A DNA stretch of 32,000 nt from the NCBI GenBank assembly GCA_000331975.1, contig CP003263.1, positions 90,001 to 122,000 of the forward strand, given 5' to 3'. The translations under genes were made by a program, and so were the position numbers. The notes below the pieces were generated by a model. It ran no database searches and was not told where the DNA came from. It saw nothing but the letters and a program-made list of their open reading frames with translations. Source of the DNA: Candidatus Uzinura diaspidicola str. ASNER. Lineage in GTDB: Bacteria > Bacteroidota > Bacteroidia > Flavobacteriales > Blattabacteriaceae. Of the stretch, positions 1 through 8,354 are shown piece after piece; the stretch's first letter is position 1, and each line of letters begins with the position of its first letter.

Positions 1-776
1 ATTATCGTGTAAAACCTTTAGATGTAATCAGTGTAATGATGGACTCTCCTAAAGAAATTCTTCTTGAAGACATTTCTTTAAATATTATATATGAAGATGA
101 TGTTTTAGTGGTAATTAACAAGCCCAGTGGGCTTGCTGTCCATCCTGGATACGGAAATTATAAAGCAACATTATTGCATGCAATTAAATATTATTTAAAT
201 AAAATCGGGATTGTTAAAATTCCTGAACGGATTGGACTTGTGCATCGGTTGGATAAGGAAACAAGTGGATTGCTTCTTATTGCTAAAAATGATTTTTCTC
301 TACAACATTTAACTTATCAATTTTTTACACGAAGTGTATATAGGCGTTATTTAGCTCTTGTTTGGGGGAATTTGGAAGGATATGGAACTATTAAAGGTAA
401 TATTGGGAGAAGTTTAATAGATAGAAAACGTATGGAAATTTTTTCTGATGCAACTTCTGGAAAGCATTCAGTCACTCATTATAAAGTTTTAGAAAAACTT
501 AATATAGTTACTCTGGTATCTTGTCGTATAGACACAGGAAGAACTCATCAAATAAGAACACATTTTACTAATTTAGGAAATCCAATTTTTAATGATCCAA
601 TGTATGGAGGAAGGAATAAAAATTGTTTATCTATTTTGCAGGGACAGTTTTTACACGCTCAATCTTTCATTTTTATTCACCCTATCACTGGAAAACCGAT
701 GCATTTTGAGGTTCCTTTATCTAAAGATATGTATGAAGTATTAGAAATATTGCGTAATTCTATTATACAAAGATAA
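1..776 (+). CDS. rluD: 23S rRNA pseudouridine synthase, RluA/RluD family (5' end lies left of the window)
   Basis: ORF 36..776 stays open in the same frame back to base 3 (YRVKPLDVISV, which looks like the end of an S4 domain), so the first ATG is internal. Catalytic motif HRLDKETSGLLLIAKN is present. Confidence 0.85.
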   Translation, partial: YRVKPLDVISVMMDSPKEILLEDISLNIIYEDDVLVVINKPSGLAVHPGYGNYKATLLHAIKYYLNKIGIVKIPERIGLVHRLDKETSGLLLIAKNDFSLQHLTYQFFTRSVYRRYLALVWGNLEGYGTIKGNIGRSLIDRKRMEIFSDATSGKHSVTHYKVLEKLNIVTLVSCRIDTGRTHQIRTHFTNLGNPIFNDPMYGGRNKNCLSILQGQFLHAQSFIFIHPITGKPMHFEVPLSKDMYEVLEILRNSIIQR

Positions 777-889
777 AGATAAATGATAGATGATAAAAAA
801 ATATTGTATCTTTGTGGATCATCTTTTAAAAATAAAGGAGTACAGAAAGGTTGAAAAATAGAATAAAAATGCCTCTAATAATAGAAAAA

Positions 890-962
890 GGCTTCTTAAT
901 TTAATAGGACAGAATGTGGGAATCCGGGTTCCAAAGTGGAGGTTCGATCCCTTCAGGAGTCA
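890..962 (+). tRNA. tRNA-Arg (anticodon CCG), slightly non-canonical
   Basis: Hand-folded cloverleaf of 73 nt. Acceptor GGCTTCT/AGGAGTC has two G-U pairs. D stem is ATTT/GAAT with a GG-containing loop. Anticodon stem is TGGGA/TTCCA with loop ATCCGGG. The variable loop is 4 nt, the T arm is GGAGG-TTCGATC-CCTTC, and the discriminator is A. Confidence 0.6.
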
Positions 963-974
963 CAAGAAGCTAAA

Positions 975-1047
975 GGGACTTTAGCTCAGTTGGTAGAGCA
1001 GTGGATTGAAAATCCATGTGTCCCCAGTTCAATTCTGGGAAGTCCCA
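975..1047 (+). tRNA. tRNA-Phe (anticodon GAA)
   Basis: Canonical 73-nt cloverleaf: GGGACTT-TA-GCTC-AGTTGGTA-GAGC-A-GTGGA-TTGAAAA-TCCAT-GTGTC-CCCAG-TTCAATT-CTGGG-AAGTCCC-A. Confidence 0.93.
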
Positions 1048-1048
1048 C

Positions 1049-1744
1049 ATGCGACTTAATCGTTATTTATCTAACTCTGGTGTCTCTTCAAGAAGGAAGG
1101 CAAATTCTTTGATACAAGAAGGTCTTGTAAAAGTTAATGACAATATAATTACAGATATTGGATATAGAGTACTTTCTATAGATTCTGTAAAATTGTATGA
1201 ACGGTTTTTATATATAGAAAAAAAAGTTTATATACTTTTAAATAAACCAAAAGGTTTTCTTACTACAACTAATGATGAACTAAACAGAAAAACCGTTATA
1301 AATATAGTTGCTATGCCTTATAGATTATATCCAATAGGACGTCTTGATAGTAAAACTACAGGCGTCCTTTTGCTGACAAATGACGGTGATTTATGTAAAA
1401 AAATAACCCATCCCTCTTATAAAGTAAAGAAGATTTATCATGTTATTCTAAATAGAAAATTTAGAGATTTTAAAAAAATTATAGAAGGGATTTCTTTGGA
1501 TGAAGGAACAGCAAAAATAAGTTCAATTTATTATTTAAAAAATAGGAGAAAAAATGAGCTAAGTTTAGAGCTTTATATAGGATGGAATAGAGTTGTACGA
1601 CGTATTTTTAGAGCTTTGGGTTATGAAGTAATTCAGCTTGATAGAATATCTTTTGCTGGTCTTTCGAAAGAAAATCTAAAAATAGGTAAATGGAGAAAAC
1701 TTTCCGATTCAGAAGTAAACAAGCTGAAAACTAACTTCAAATAA
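1049..1744 (+). CDS. rluB: rRNA pseudouridine synthase, RsuA/RluB family
   Basis: N-terminal S4 domain (MRLNRYLSNSGVSSRRKANSLIQEG) and catalytic motif GRLDSKTTGVLLLTNDG. The track ORF start at 1016 lies inside tRNA-Phe, so the ATG at 1049, 2 nt after the tRNA, is preferred. Confidence 0.85.
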   Translation: MRLNRYLSNSGVSSRRKANSLIQEGLVKVNDNIITDIGYRVLSIDSVKLYERFLYIEKKVYILLNKPKGFLTTTNDELNRKTVINIVAMPYRLYPIGRLDSKTTGVLLLTNDGDLCKKITHPSYKVKKIYHVILNRKFRDFKKIIEGISLDEGTAKISSIYYLKNRRKNELSLELYIGWNRVVRRIFRALGYEVIQLDRISFAGLSKENLKIGKWRKLSDSEVNKLKTNFK

Positions 1745-1766
1745 TAAAAATTATATCTTTATATAT

Positions 1767-2198
1767 ATGTTAAAAAACGAAATTGCTATCATAAATGGTC
1801 CTAATTTAAACCTTATTGGTAAACGTGAACCAACTTTTTACGGAGACTTATCTATGAATAAGTACTTTCTGAAACTTATAGAAAAACCATACTTAAAAAA
1901 TATTACTCTGAGCTACACTCAGAGTAATCATGAAGGGGAAATTATTGAGTCTTTACATGAAAAAGAAGGCTCTGTTTTAGGAATTGTTTTGAATGCTGGT
2001 GCATTCACCCATACTTCATTAGCAATAGCAGATGCTATTCGCTCTATTTCTGTCCCTATTGTTGAAGTGCATATTACTAATACTTCTAAAAGAGAAAAAT
2101 ACCGTCAATTATCTTTTATATCATCTGTTTCTAAAGGATCTATTTGTGGATTTGGGATGTTTTCTTATGAATTAGCTATTATAAGTTTTATAATATAG
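1767..2198 (+). CDS. aroQ: 3-dehydroquinate dehydratase, type II
   Basis: 143 aa with INGPNLNLIGKREPTFYG and the HTS / VEVHITN motifs typical of type II DHQase. Confidence 0.9.
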   Translation: MLKNEIAIINGPNLNLIGKREPTFYGDLSMNKYFLKLIEKPYLKNITLSYTQSNHEGEIIESLHEKEGSVLGIVLNAGAFTHTSLAIADAIRSISVPIVEVHITNTSKREKYRQLSFISSVSKGSICGFGMFSYELAIISFII

Positions 2199-2210
2199 CT
2201 AGAACTTACC

Positions 2211-3488
2211 TTACATATAAAATAAAATAGTTTTTTTTCCTTTTTGAAGCAATATGTAGCGATTTGCAATAATAGAATTTTCATTTATAATGAAATTATC
2301 GTCTACTTTTTCTCTATTAATGTAGATAGATTTTTCTTTCAAAGCTCGTATTGCTTCTCCTTTCGAAGAAAAAAATCCACTATTTTCTGTTAATGCTTCT
2401 AAAATAGATAATCCTCTTTGCAATAGACCTCTATTGATTTGTTTATGTGTAACTACCTGAAAGATAGATAAAAATGTTTTTTCATCTAATGATGAAAGAG
2501 AGCGTAATTTATCCTTTCCAAATAAAAAATTTGATAATTTCAGTGATTTTTTATAGTTTTCTTCTCCGTGAATAAATTTAGTCATGTTTTTAGCTAGAGC
2601 TTTTTGTAGAATTCGTTTATATGGAGCTTTATTATGAGTATATAATAGATGCTCTATTTCATCTTTCTGAAGAAAAGTATAGAATTTAATAAATCGGCTT
2701 GCCTCTTCATCAGAAATATTTAGCCAGAATTGATAAAATTTATAAGGAGATGTTTTTCTATAGTCAAGCCATATATTTTCATTATTATCACTTTTTCCCA
2801 ATTTAGTTCCATTGGATTTAGTGATTAGTGGAAAAGTTATGCCATAAGCATTTCCACCAGTTAATCTACGAATAAGTTCTATTCCTGTAATAATATTACC
2901 CCATTGATCTGAACCTCCAATTTGAATACAGCAATTTTCATGTGTATAAAGATGATAAAAATCATAGGCTTGTACTAGTTGATAAGTAAACTCTGTAAAT
3001 GATATTCCTTCAGATTCTGACTTTAAACGGGATTTAACAGATTCCTTAGCCATCATATAATTTACCGTTAGATTCTTTCCAATGTCTCTAACAAAATTTA
3101 GAAAAGATAGATTGCCTATCCAATTAAAATTATTTAACAATTTAGTTTTCTCTACATTTAAAAAAAGCTCTAATTGTTTTTGTATGCAATGAATATTGTG
3201 TATTAATATTTCTTTATCCAGTAATGTTCGTTCTTTATATTTTCCTGATGGATCCCCTAGCATCCCTGTTGCTCCCCCTAGAATAATTAGGGATTTATAA
3301 CCAAATCTATGAAAATGTTCTAACATAAATATAGGAAGTAAATTTCCTATATGTAATGAATCAGAGGTAGGATCAAATCCTATATATATAATATTGGACT
3401 CTTTTTTTAACTGTTCCTTAATTCCTAACGTATATTTACAAAGCAGCCCCCGCCAAACTAATTCTTTTAGTATATCGAAATCTTTCAT
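2211..3488 (-). CDS. tyrS: tyrosyl-tRNA synthetase
   Basis: 425 aa class I aaRS with a HIGH-type motif (SLHIGNLLP), a KMSKS-type motif (TKLGKS) and a C-terminal S4-like domain. Confidence 0.93.
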   Translation of the reverse strand: MKDFDILKELVWRGLLCKYTLGIKEQLKKESNIIYIGFDPTSDSLHIGNLLPIFMLEHFHRFGYKSLIILGGATGMLGDPSGKYKERTLLDKEILIHNIHCIQKQLELFLNVEKTKLLNNFNWIGNLSFLNFVRDIGKNLTVNYMMAKESVKSRLKSESEGISFTEFTYQLVQAYDFYHLYTHENCCIQIGGSDQWGNIITGIELIRRLTGGNAYGITFPLITKSNGTKLGKSDNNENIWLDYRKTSPYKFYQFWLNISDEEASRFIKFYTFLQKDEIEHLLYTHNKAPYKRILQKALAKNMTKFIHGEENYKKSLKLSNFLFGKDKLRSLSSLDEKTFLSIFQVVTHKQINRGLLQRGLSILEALTENSGFFSSKGEAIRALKEKSIYINREKVDDNFIINENSIIANRYILLQKGKKTILFYM

Positions 3489-3616
3489 TTATTTACAAAA
3501 CTATTAAACAAATAGTTTTAATACTTTCTACAAAAAATATTTTTTAGCCTTTGTATTGTATCCTTTTTTTCTCAAGGTTAATGAGATTTGTATGAATGTA
3601 AATAGACTCTATCTAT

Positions 3617-4771
3617 ATGAAAATTAAAATTTTTGACACTACTTTACGAGACGGCGAACAGGTACCAGGGTGCAAATTAGAAAGCTTTAATAAGATAGAA
3701 ATTGCTAGGCAACTTGAAAAACTGGGCGTAGATGTAATAGAAGCCGGTTTTCCTATATCTAGTCCAAGTGATTTTAATTCTGTCGTAGAAATCTCTCATG
3801 CTGTTTATAATCCAATTATCTGTGTTTTAGCTAGGGCAATTAAGAAAGATATTGAAATAGCAGCAAAAGCTCTTGAAGGAGCTAAACAGTCACGTATTCA
3901 TATAGGAATTGGAACTTCAGATTGTCATATACGTTATAAATTCAATAGTATGCCAGAAAAAATTCTTGAGAAAGCAGTAGAATCTGTAAAATATGCTAAG
4001 CGATTTGTAGAGGAGGTACAATTTTATACTGAAGATGCAGGTAGAACCCAAAATGAATTTCTAGCGAAAGTTTGTGAAGCAGTAATTAAGGCCGGTGCTA
4101 CTATATTAAATATTCCTGATACTACCGGGATTTGTTTACCAAAGGTTTATGGAGAAAAAATTAGTTATATTAAAGAAAATGTGAATGGCATAGAGAAAGC
4201 AATTATTTCTACGCACTGCCACAATGATTTAGGTTTGGCGACAGCTAATTCTCTGGAAGGTGTTATAAATGGGGCTCAACAAGTGGAGTGTACTTTAAAT
4301 GGATTAGGAGAAAGAGCAGGGAATTCAGCTCTTGAAGAAATTGTTATGCTTTTTAAGCAGCATAGTTATTTAGGATTTGAAACTAATATTAAAACAGAAT
4401 TGCTTTGTATTACAAGTGAAATTATAACTAAATGTACTGGAATTTCTGTACAATCTAATAAAGCAATAGTAGGAGCTAATGCTTTTGCTCATTCTTCAGG
4501 AATTCATCAAGATGGACTTATAAAAAAAATTAAGAATTATGAGATCATCCCTACTAAAAATGTAGGGATAAAGGAATCACGTCTAATTCTTACAATTAGA
4601 AGTGGCAGATCAGCTCTATCTTATCGTTATCAGATGCTTGGTTATATTATTCCAAAGGACGAAATATACCCATTATTTCTTAAGTATGCTGAGAAAAAAA
4701 AGGAAATACAAGACGAAGATATAAAAATGCTGTTAAAAATAGCAAAATTTTCTACTTCTATTTATATTTAA
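3617..4771 (+). CDS. leuA: 2-isopropylmalate synthase, short form without the C-terminal regulatory domain
   Basis: [18 protein letters not shown]..., [13 protein letters not shown] and HSSGIHQDG catalytic-barrel motifs. It is 384 aa and ends just after the linker subdomain. Confidence 0.9.
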   Translation: MKIKIFDTTLRDGEQVPGCKLESFNKIEIARQLEKLGVDVIEAGFPISSPSDFNSVVEISHAVYNPIICVLARAIKKDIEIAAKALEGAKQSRIHIGIGTSDCHIRYKFNSMPEKILEKAVESVKYAKRFVEEVQFYTEDAGRTQNEFLAKVCEAVIKAGATILNIPDTTGICLPKVYGEKISYIKENVNGIEKAIISTHCHNDLGLATANSLEGVINGAQQVECTLNGLGERAGNSALEEIVMLFKQHSYLGFETNIKTELLCITSEIITKCTGISVQSNKAIVGANAFAHSSGIHQDGLIKKIKNYEIIPTKNVGIKESRLILTIRSGRSALSYRYQMLGYIIPKDEIYPLFLKYAEKKKEIQDEDIKMLLKIAKFSTSIYI

Positions 4772-6157
4772 ATGTCAAAAACCTTATTCGATAAGGTTTG
4801 GTACTCTCATATTGTAGAGTCTTTTCCTAAAGGTCCTTCAGTGCTATATATTGATAGGCATTTTATTCATGAAGTTACTAGCCCTCAAGCTTTTGAAGAA
4901 CTTAAAACCCGTGTTTTACTAATCTTTAAAAAAGAAAGAATTATTGCAACAGTAGATCATAATGTTCCTACTAAAAATCAGCACCTTCCTATACTTGATG
5001 CTCTTTCAAGAAAGCAAGTTCAAATCCTTTTTGAAAACTGTAAAATAAATGGAATAGACTTTTTTGGTTTGCTTCATAATTATCAAGGAATAGTACATAT
5101 TATTGGGCCAGAACTTGGATACACCCTTCCAGGCATGACTATTGTATGTGGAGATAGTCATACTTCTACCCATGGAGCTTTTGGGAGTATCTCTTTCGGA
5201 ATTGGAACGAGTCAAGTTTCTATGGTTATGGCAAGTCAATGTTTATTGCAGAAAAAACCCAAGCAAATGCGTATCCATTTAGTAGGATTAACTAAAATAA
5301 GTGTTACTCCTAAAGATATAATTTTGTATATTATTTCTAAAGTTGGAACTGATGGTGCAGTAGGTTATTTTGTTGAATTTTCTGGTAAGGTTTTTCGTAG
5401 GATGAGCATGGAAGGACGAATGACAGTATGTAATATGAGTATAGAAATTGGAGCTAAAGGAGGGCTTATAGCTCCAGATAAAACTACATTAAATTATTTA
5501 AATAAAATAAAATTTTTACCTAAAGATATCTTATTAGAAGAAGCGATGCCTTATTGGAGGACACTATATACAGAATCAGATATCTTTTTAGATAGAGAAT
5601 ATTATTTTTATGCTTCTGACATTACTCCTATGATTACTTATGGAACAAATCCAGGAATGGGATTTAGTATTGTGAGGAGAATACCAAAAATTAACGTTGA
5701 TTATCATCAATCTATTTCTTATATGGGCTTTAAAGCAGGATATTCTCTAATAGGCAAACCTATCCAATATGTTTTTATAGGGAGTTGTACTAACGCACGC
5801 ATAGAAGATTTACGAATTGTAGCTAACGTAGTAAAAAATAAAAAAAAGGCTTTTCATGTTTTAGCTTTGATAGTACCTGGGTCTAAACAAGTAATTTATC
5901 AAGCTAAAAAAGAAGGATTAGATATAATCCTTAAAAAGTCTGGATTTGAATTTAGAGAGCCTGGATGTTCTGCTTGTTTAGGCATGAATGAAGATAAACT
6001 ACCTTTTGGTGCTTATTGTATTTCTACCTCTAATAGAAATTTTGTTGGACGCCAGGGATTTGGAGCACGGACTTTATTAACTAGTCCGTTAGTAGCTGCT
6101 ATTGTAGCTATAGAAGGAAAAATTATTGATGTAAATAATTTTTATGGAAAAAATTGA
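4772..6157 (+). CDS. leuC: 3-isopropylmalate dehydratase large subunit
   Basis: 461 aa with aconitase-family motifs CGDSHTSTHGAFG, GSCTNARIEDL and CSACLGMN. The ATG directly follows the leuA stop (TAAATG). Confidence 0.95.
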   Translation: MSKTLFDKVWYSHIVESFPKGPSVLYIDRHFIHEVTSPQAFEELKTRVLLIFKKERIIATVDHNVPTKNQHLPILDALSRKQVQILFENCKINGIDFFGLLHNYQGIVHIIGPELGYTLPGMTIVCGDSHTSTHGAFGSISFGIGTSQVSMVMASQCLLQKKPKQMRIHLVGLTKISVTPKDIILYIISKVGTDGAVGYFVEFSGKVFRRMSMEGRMTVCNMSIEIGAKGGLIAPDKTTLNYLNKIKFLPKDILLEEAMPYWRTLYTESDIFLDREYYFYASDITPMITYGTNPGMGFSIVRRIPKINVDYHQSISYMGFKAGYSLIGKPIQYVFIGSCTNARIEDLRIVANVVKNKKKAFHVLALIVPGSKQVIYQAKKEGLDIILKKSGFEFREPGCSACLGMNEDKLPFGAYCISTSNRNFVGRQGFGARTLLTSPLVAAIVAIEGKIIDVNNFYGKN

Positions 6158-6779
6158 AATCTTAGTATCAAGAGCAATACCTATTGCTATAGAAAACATA
6201 GATACGGATCAGATTATTCCAGCACGGTTTTTAAAATCTTCAAAAAGACAAGGCTTTGGAAGTAATCTATTTAGAGATTGGAGATATACTAATCAAGGGT
6301 TGGTTAAAGAAAGCTTTATTCTTAATAATCCAAAGTTTTCAGGGAAAATATTGTTAGTAGGTAGAAATTTTGGTTCTGGTTCTTCTAGGGAACACGCTGC
6401 TTGGTCTCTTTTTGATTATGGATTTCGTGTTGTAATATCAAGCTTCTTTGCTGATATTTTTAAAGAGAACGCTCTAAATAATGGGCTATTACCTATAGAA
6501 ATATCAGAAGTGTATCTCCAATACCTGTTTAAAACAATTTCTTACAATAGACATATACTATATTCTGTCTTTTTGGGGAGACAAATTATTAAAATAGATA
6601 AATCATTTTTTTATGATTATTTTTCTATGGAGAAATATAAAAAAACATGCCTTCTGAAAGGACAAGATGATATAGATCATCTTATTAGCTTATATAAGAA
6701 AATAAAAACTTTTGAAGTTAAAAGCGTTTTTAATGATAAAGAAAATAGCTATTTTATCTGGAGATGGAGTTGGAGATGA
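6144..6779 (+). CDS. leuD: 3-isopropylmalate dehydratase small subunit
   Basis: IDTDQIIPARFL and GRNFGSGSSREHAAW motifs. It overlaps leuC by 14 nt, and its 3' tail runs into leuB. Confidence 0.9.
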   Translation: MEKIEILVSRAIPIAIENIDTDQIIPARFLKSSKRQGFGSNLFRDWRYTNQGLVKESFILNNPKFSGKILLVGRNFGSGSSREHAAWSLFDYGFRVVISSFFADIFKENALNNGLLPIEISEVYLQYLFKTISYNRHILYSVFLGRQIIKIDKSFFYDYFSMEKYKKTCLLKGQDDIDHLISLYKKIKTFEVKSVFNDKENSYFIWRWSWR

Positions 6780-7785
6780 AATCACTACACAGTCTCTCAA
6801 AGTTTTAAATGCTATAGGAAAAAAATTTCATCATGATTTTCTATATCAAGAGGGTTTAATAGGAGCTATCGCTATTGATAATAGTGGAAAACCATTACCT
6901 GATGATACTTTATCTATTTGTATAGATAGCGATGCTATCTTATTTGGTGCTATTGGCGATCCTAAGTATGATCAAGATCCTTGTTCTAAAATAAGGCCAG
7001 AGAAAGGGTTACTAAATATTAGAAGAGTATTAAATATTTTTTGTAATATACGTCCTATTATGACGTATGATGCTCTTTTAAAACGTTCTCCGCTAAATAC
7101 AGAAAGAGTGAAAGGGATAGATTTTTTAGTATATAGAGAACTTATCGGAGGAATTTATTTTGGAGATAAGGGAATATATGAAGATAAAAAAGCGTATGAT
7201 TACTGTTTTTATTCTATCGAGGAAATACAGCGAATAGGGCATATTGCTTTTAAAGCAGCTATTGCACGTCATAAAAAGCTAACTTTAGTAGATAAAGCCA
7301 ATGTTCTGGAAACTTCCAGACTATGGCGTGAAACCATCCAAACAATGGCGAAAGATTATTCTAATGTAGAAGTTGACTTTCTGTTTATTGATAATGCAGC
7401 TATGCAAATTCTTCTTCATCCTAAAAATTTTGATGTTATTTTAACTGATAACATGTTCGGAGATATTTTATCAGATGAGGCGAGTGTAATATCAGGTTCT
7501 ATCGGATTAAGCCCTTCGGCTTCTATAGGAGATAAGAATGCTCTTTTTGAGCCTATTCATGGCTCTTATTATCAGGCTGCTAGAAAGAATATAGCTAATC
7601 CTTTGGCGTCTATACTTTCAGTAGCTATGATGCTGGATTATTTTAAGCTAGAAAAAGAGGCGCAATTAGTAAGAAAAGCAGTATATAATTCTATCAATTA
7701 TAGAAAATCTTCTTTTGATATTTCCTACTTTTATCCTATTGGAACTGAAGAAGTAGGTGATTTTATAGTTCAAGAATTATCATAA
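6733..7785 (+). CDS. leuB: 3-isopropylmalate dehydrogenase
   Basis: MIKKIAILSGDGVGDEI..., NMFGDILSDEASVISGSIGL. The second ATG (6733) matches the canonical N-terminus better than the track start at 6712. Confidence 0.92.
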   Translation: MIKKIAILSGDGVGDEITTQSLKVLNAIGKKFHHDFLYQEGLIGAIAIDNSGKPLPDDTLSICIDSDAILFGAIGDPKYDQDPCSKIRPEKGLLNIRRVLNIFCNIRPIMTYDALLKRSPLNTERVKGIDFLVYRELIGGIYFGDKGIYEDKKAYDYCFYSIEEIQRIGHIAFKAAIARHKKLTLVDKANVLETSRLWRETIQTMAKDYSNVEVDFLFIDNAAMQILLHPKNFDVILTDNMFGDILSDEASVISGSIGLSPSASIGDKNALFEPIHGSYYQAARKNIANPLASILSVAMMLDYFKLEKEAQLVRKAVYNSINYRKSSFDISYFYPIGTEEVGDFIVQELS

Positions 7786-7828
7786 ATTCGTGGGAGTTAC
7801 CTACTCAAGGGGCAAAAGAAGTAAAAAA

Positions 7829-7912
7829 ACCTGGATGGCGGAATTGGTAGACGCTTTGGATTCAAAATCCAATGGTAGAAATGCTGTGTGAGTTCGACTC
7901 TCACTTCAGGTA
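7829..7912 (+). tRNA. tRNA-Leu (anticodon CAA), long variable arm
   Basis: ACCTGGA-TG-GCGG-AATTGGTAGA-CGC..TTGGA-TTCAAAA-TCCAA, then a long variable arm, then GTGAG-TTCGACT-CTCAC-TTCAGGT-A. Total 84 nt. Confidence 0.9.
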
Positions 7913-7914
7913 CT

Positions 7915-7984
7915 TAGAAAAGTATAGGAAAGTATAGAAAAGTATAGAAAAGTATAGAAAAGTATAGAAAAGTATAGAAAAGTA
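7915..7984. repeat. Direct tandem repeat, 7 copies of the 10-bp unit TAGAAAAGTA (one copy is TAGGAAAGTA)
   Basis: Read directly from lines 7911-7990. It fills the whole spacer between tRNA-Leu (ends 7912) and the 3' end of tRNA-fMet (7983). Confidence 0.97.
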
Positions 7985-8054
7985 GCGGGGACAGGATTCG
8001 AACCTGTGACCTTCGAATTATGAGCCCGATGAGCTACCTCTACTCCACCCCGCG
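7983..8054 (-). tRNA. initiator tRNA-fMet (anticodon CAT)
   Basis: The reverse complement reads CGCGGGG-TG-GAGT-AGAGGTA-GCTC-A-TCGGG-CTCATAA-TTCGA-AGGTC-ACAGG-TTCGAAT-CCTGT-CCCCGCT-A. It has the initiator features of an unpaired 1:72 position and an A11:T24 pair. Confidence 0.9.
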
Positions 8055-8354
8055 ATATATAGATTAATATAATTATTTTTTAAAACACTTCTTCCTTAGA
8101 CTTTAGGTCTTGTCTAAATTAGACCAGGAGGATAGTAAAAACTACAACTAAAAGGATATCAATTCTTAATAAGGTTGCTTGATATTGTGTGATTCTTTAT
8201 ATTTTCTATTAGCTCTTCAATATCATTTACTTATTTTTTTCCTTACCACTTAAATAAAAGTAATATCTAAAAAACCTATTGGTAGAGAGGGACATAGTTT
8301 TATCTCTATTATATTTTTTTTATGGTATCTTCATTTAAGATGAATAATGTCGTT

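Noticed and set aside
1016-1048. The first 11 codons of track ORF 1016-1744.
   Set aside because: They are read through the 3' half of tRNA-Phe. The canonical S4-domain N-terminus begins at the ATG at 1049.
5006-5239. Track ORFs antisense to or nested within real genes: 5006-5239, 8606-8887, 8868-9083, 8975-9205, 10269-10463, 15282-15530, 17663-17845, 19408-19614, 23115-23303, 25569-25763, 26681-26881, 28058-28303, 29540-29731 and 31369-31575.
   Set aside because: Each lies entirely inside a well-supported conserved gene on the other strand or in another frame. They have low-complexity, non-homologous-looking translations and are the expected by-product of six-frame scanning.
7915-7984. Possibility that the repeat array is a CRISPR or a mobile-element terminus.
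   Set aside because: The units are contiguous 10-mers with no spacers. No cas, transposase or integrase genes and no flanking inverted repeats occur anywhere in the window.
8055-8321. The 267-bp spacer upstream of lepA, checked for a hidden gene or structured RNA (small alternative hairpins around TAGAC/GGTCT/AGACC at about 8097-8133).
   Set aside because: All six frames are broken by stops within about 20 codons, and no conserved ncRNA block was recognised. The stems are only 4-5 bp. It most likely holds the promoter regions for lepA and the divergently transcribed initiator tRNA.
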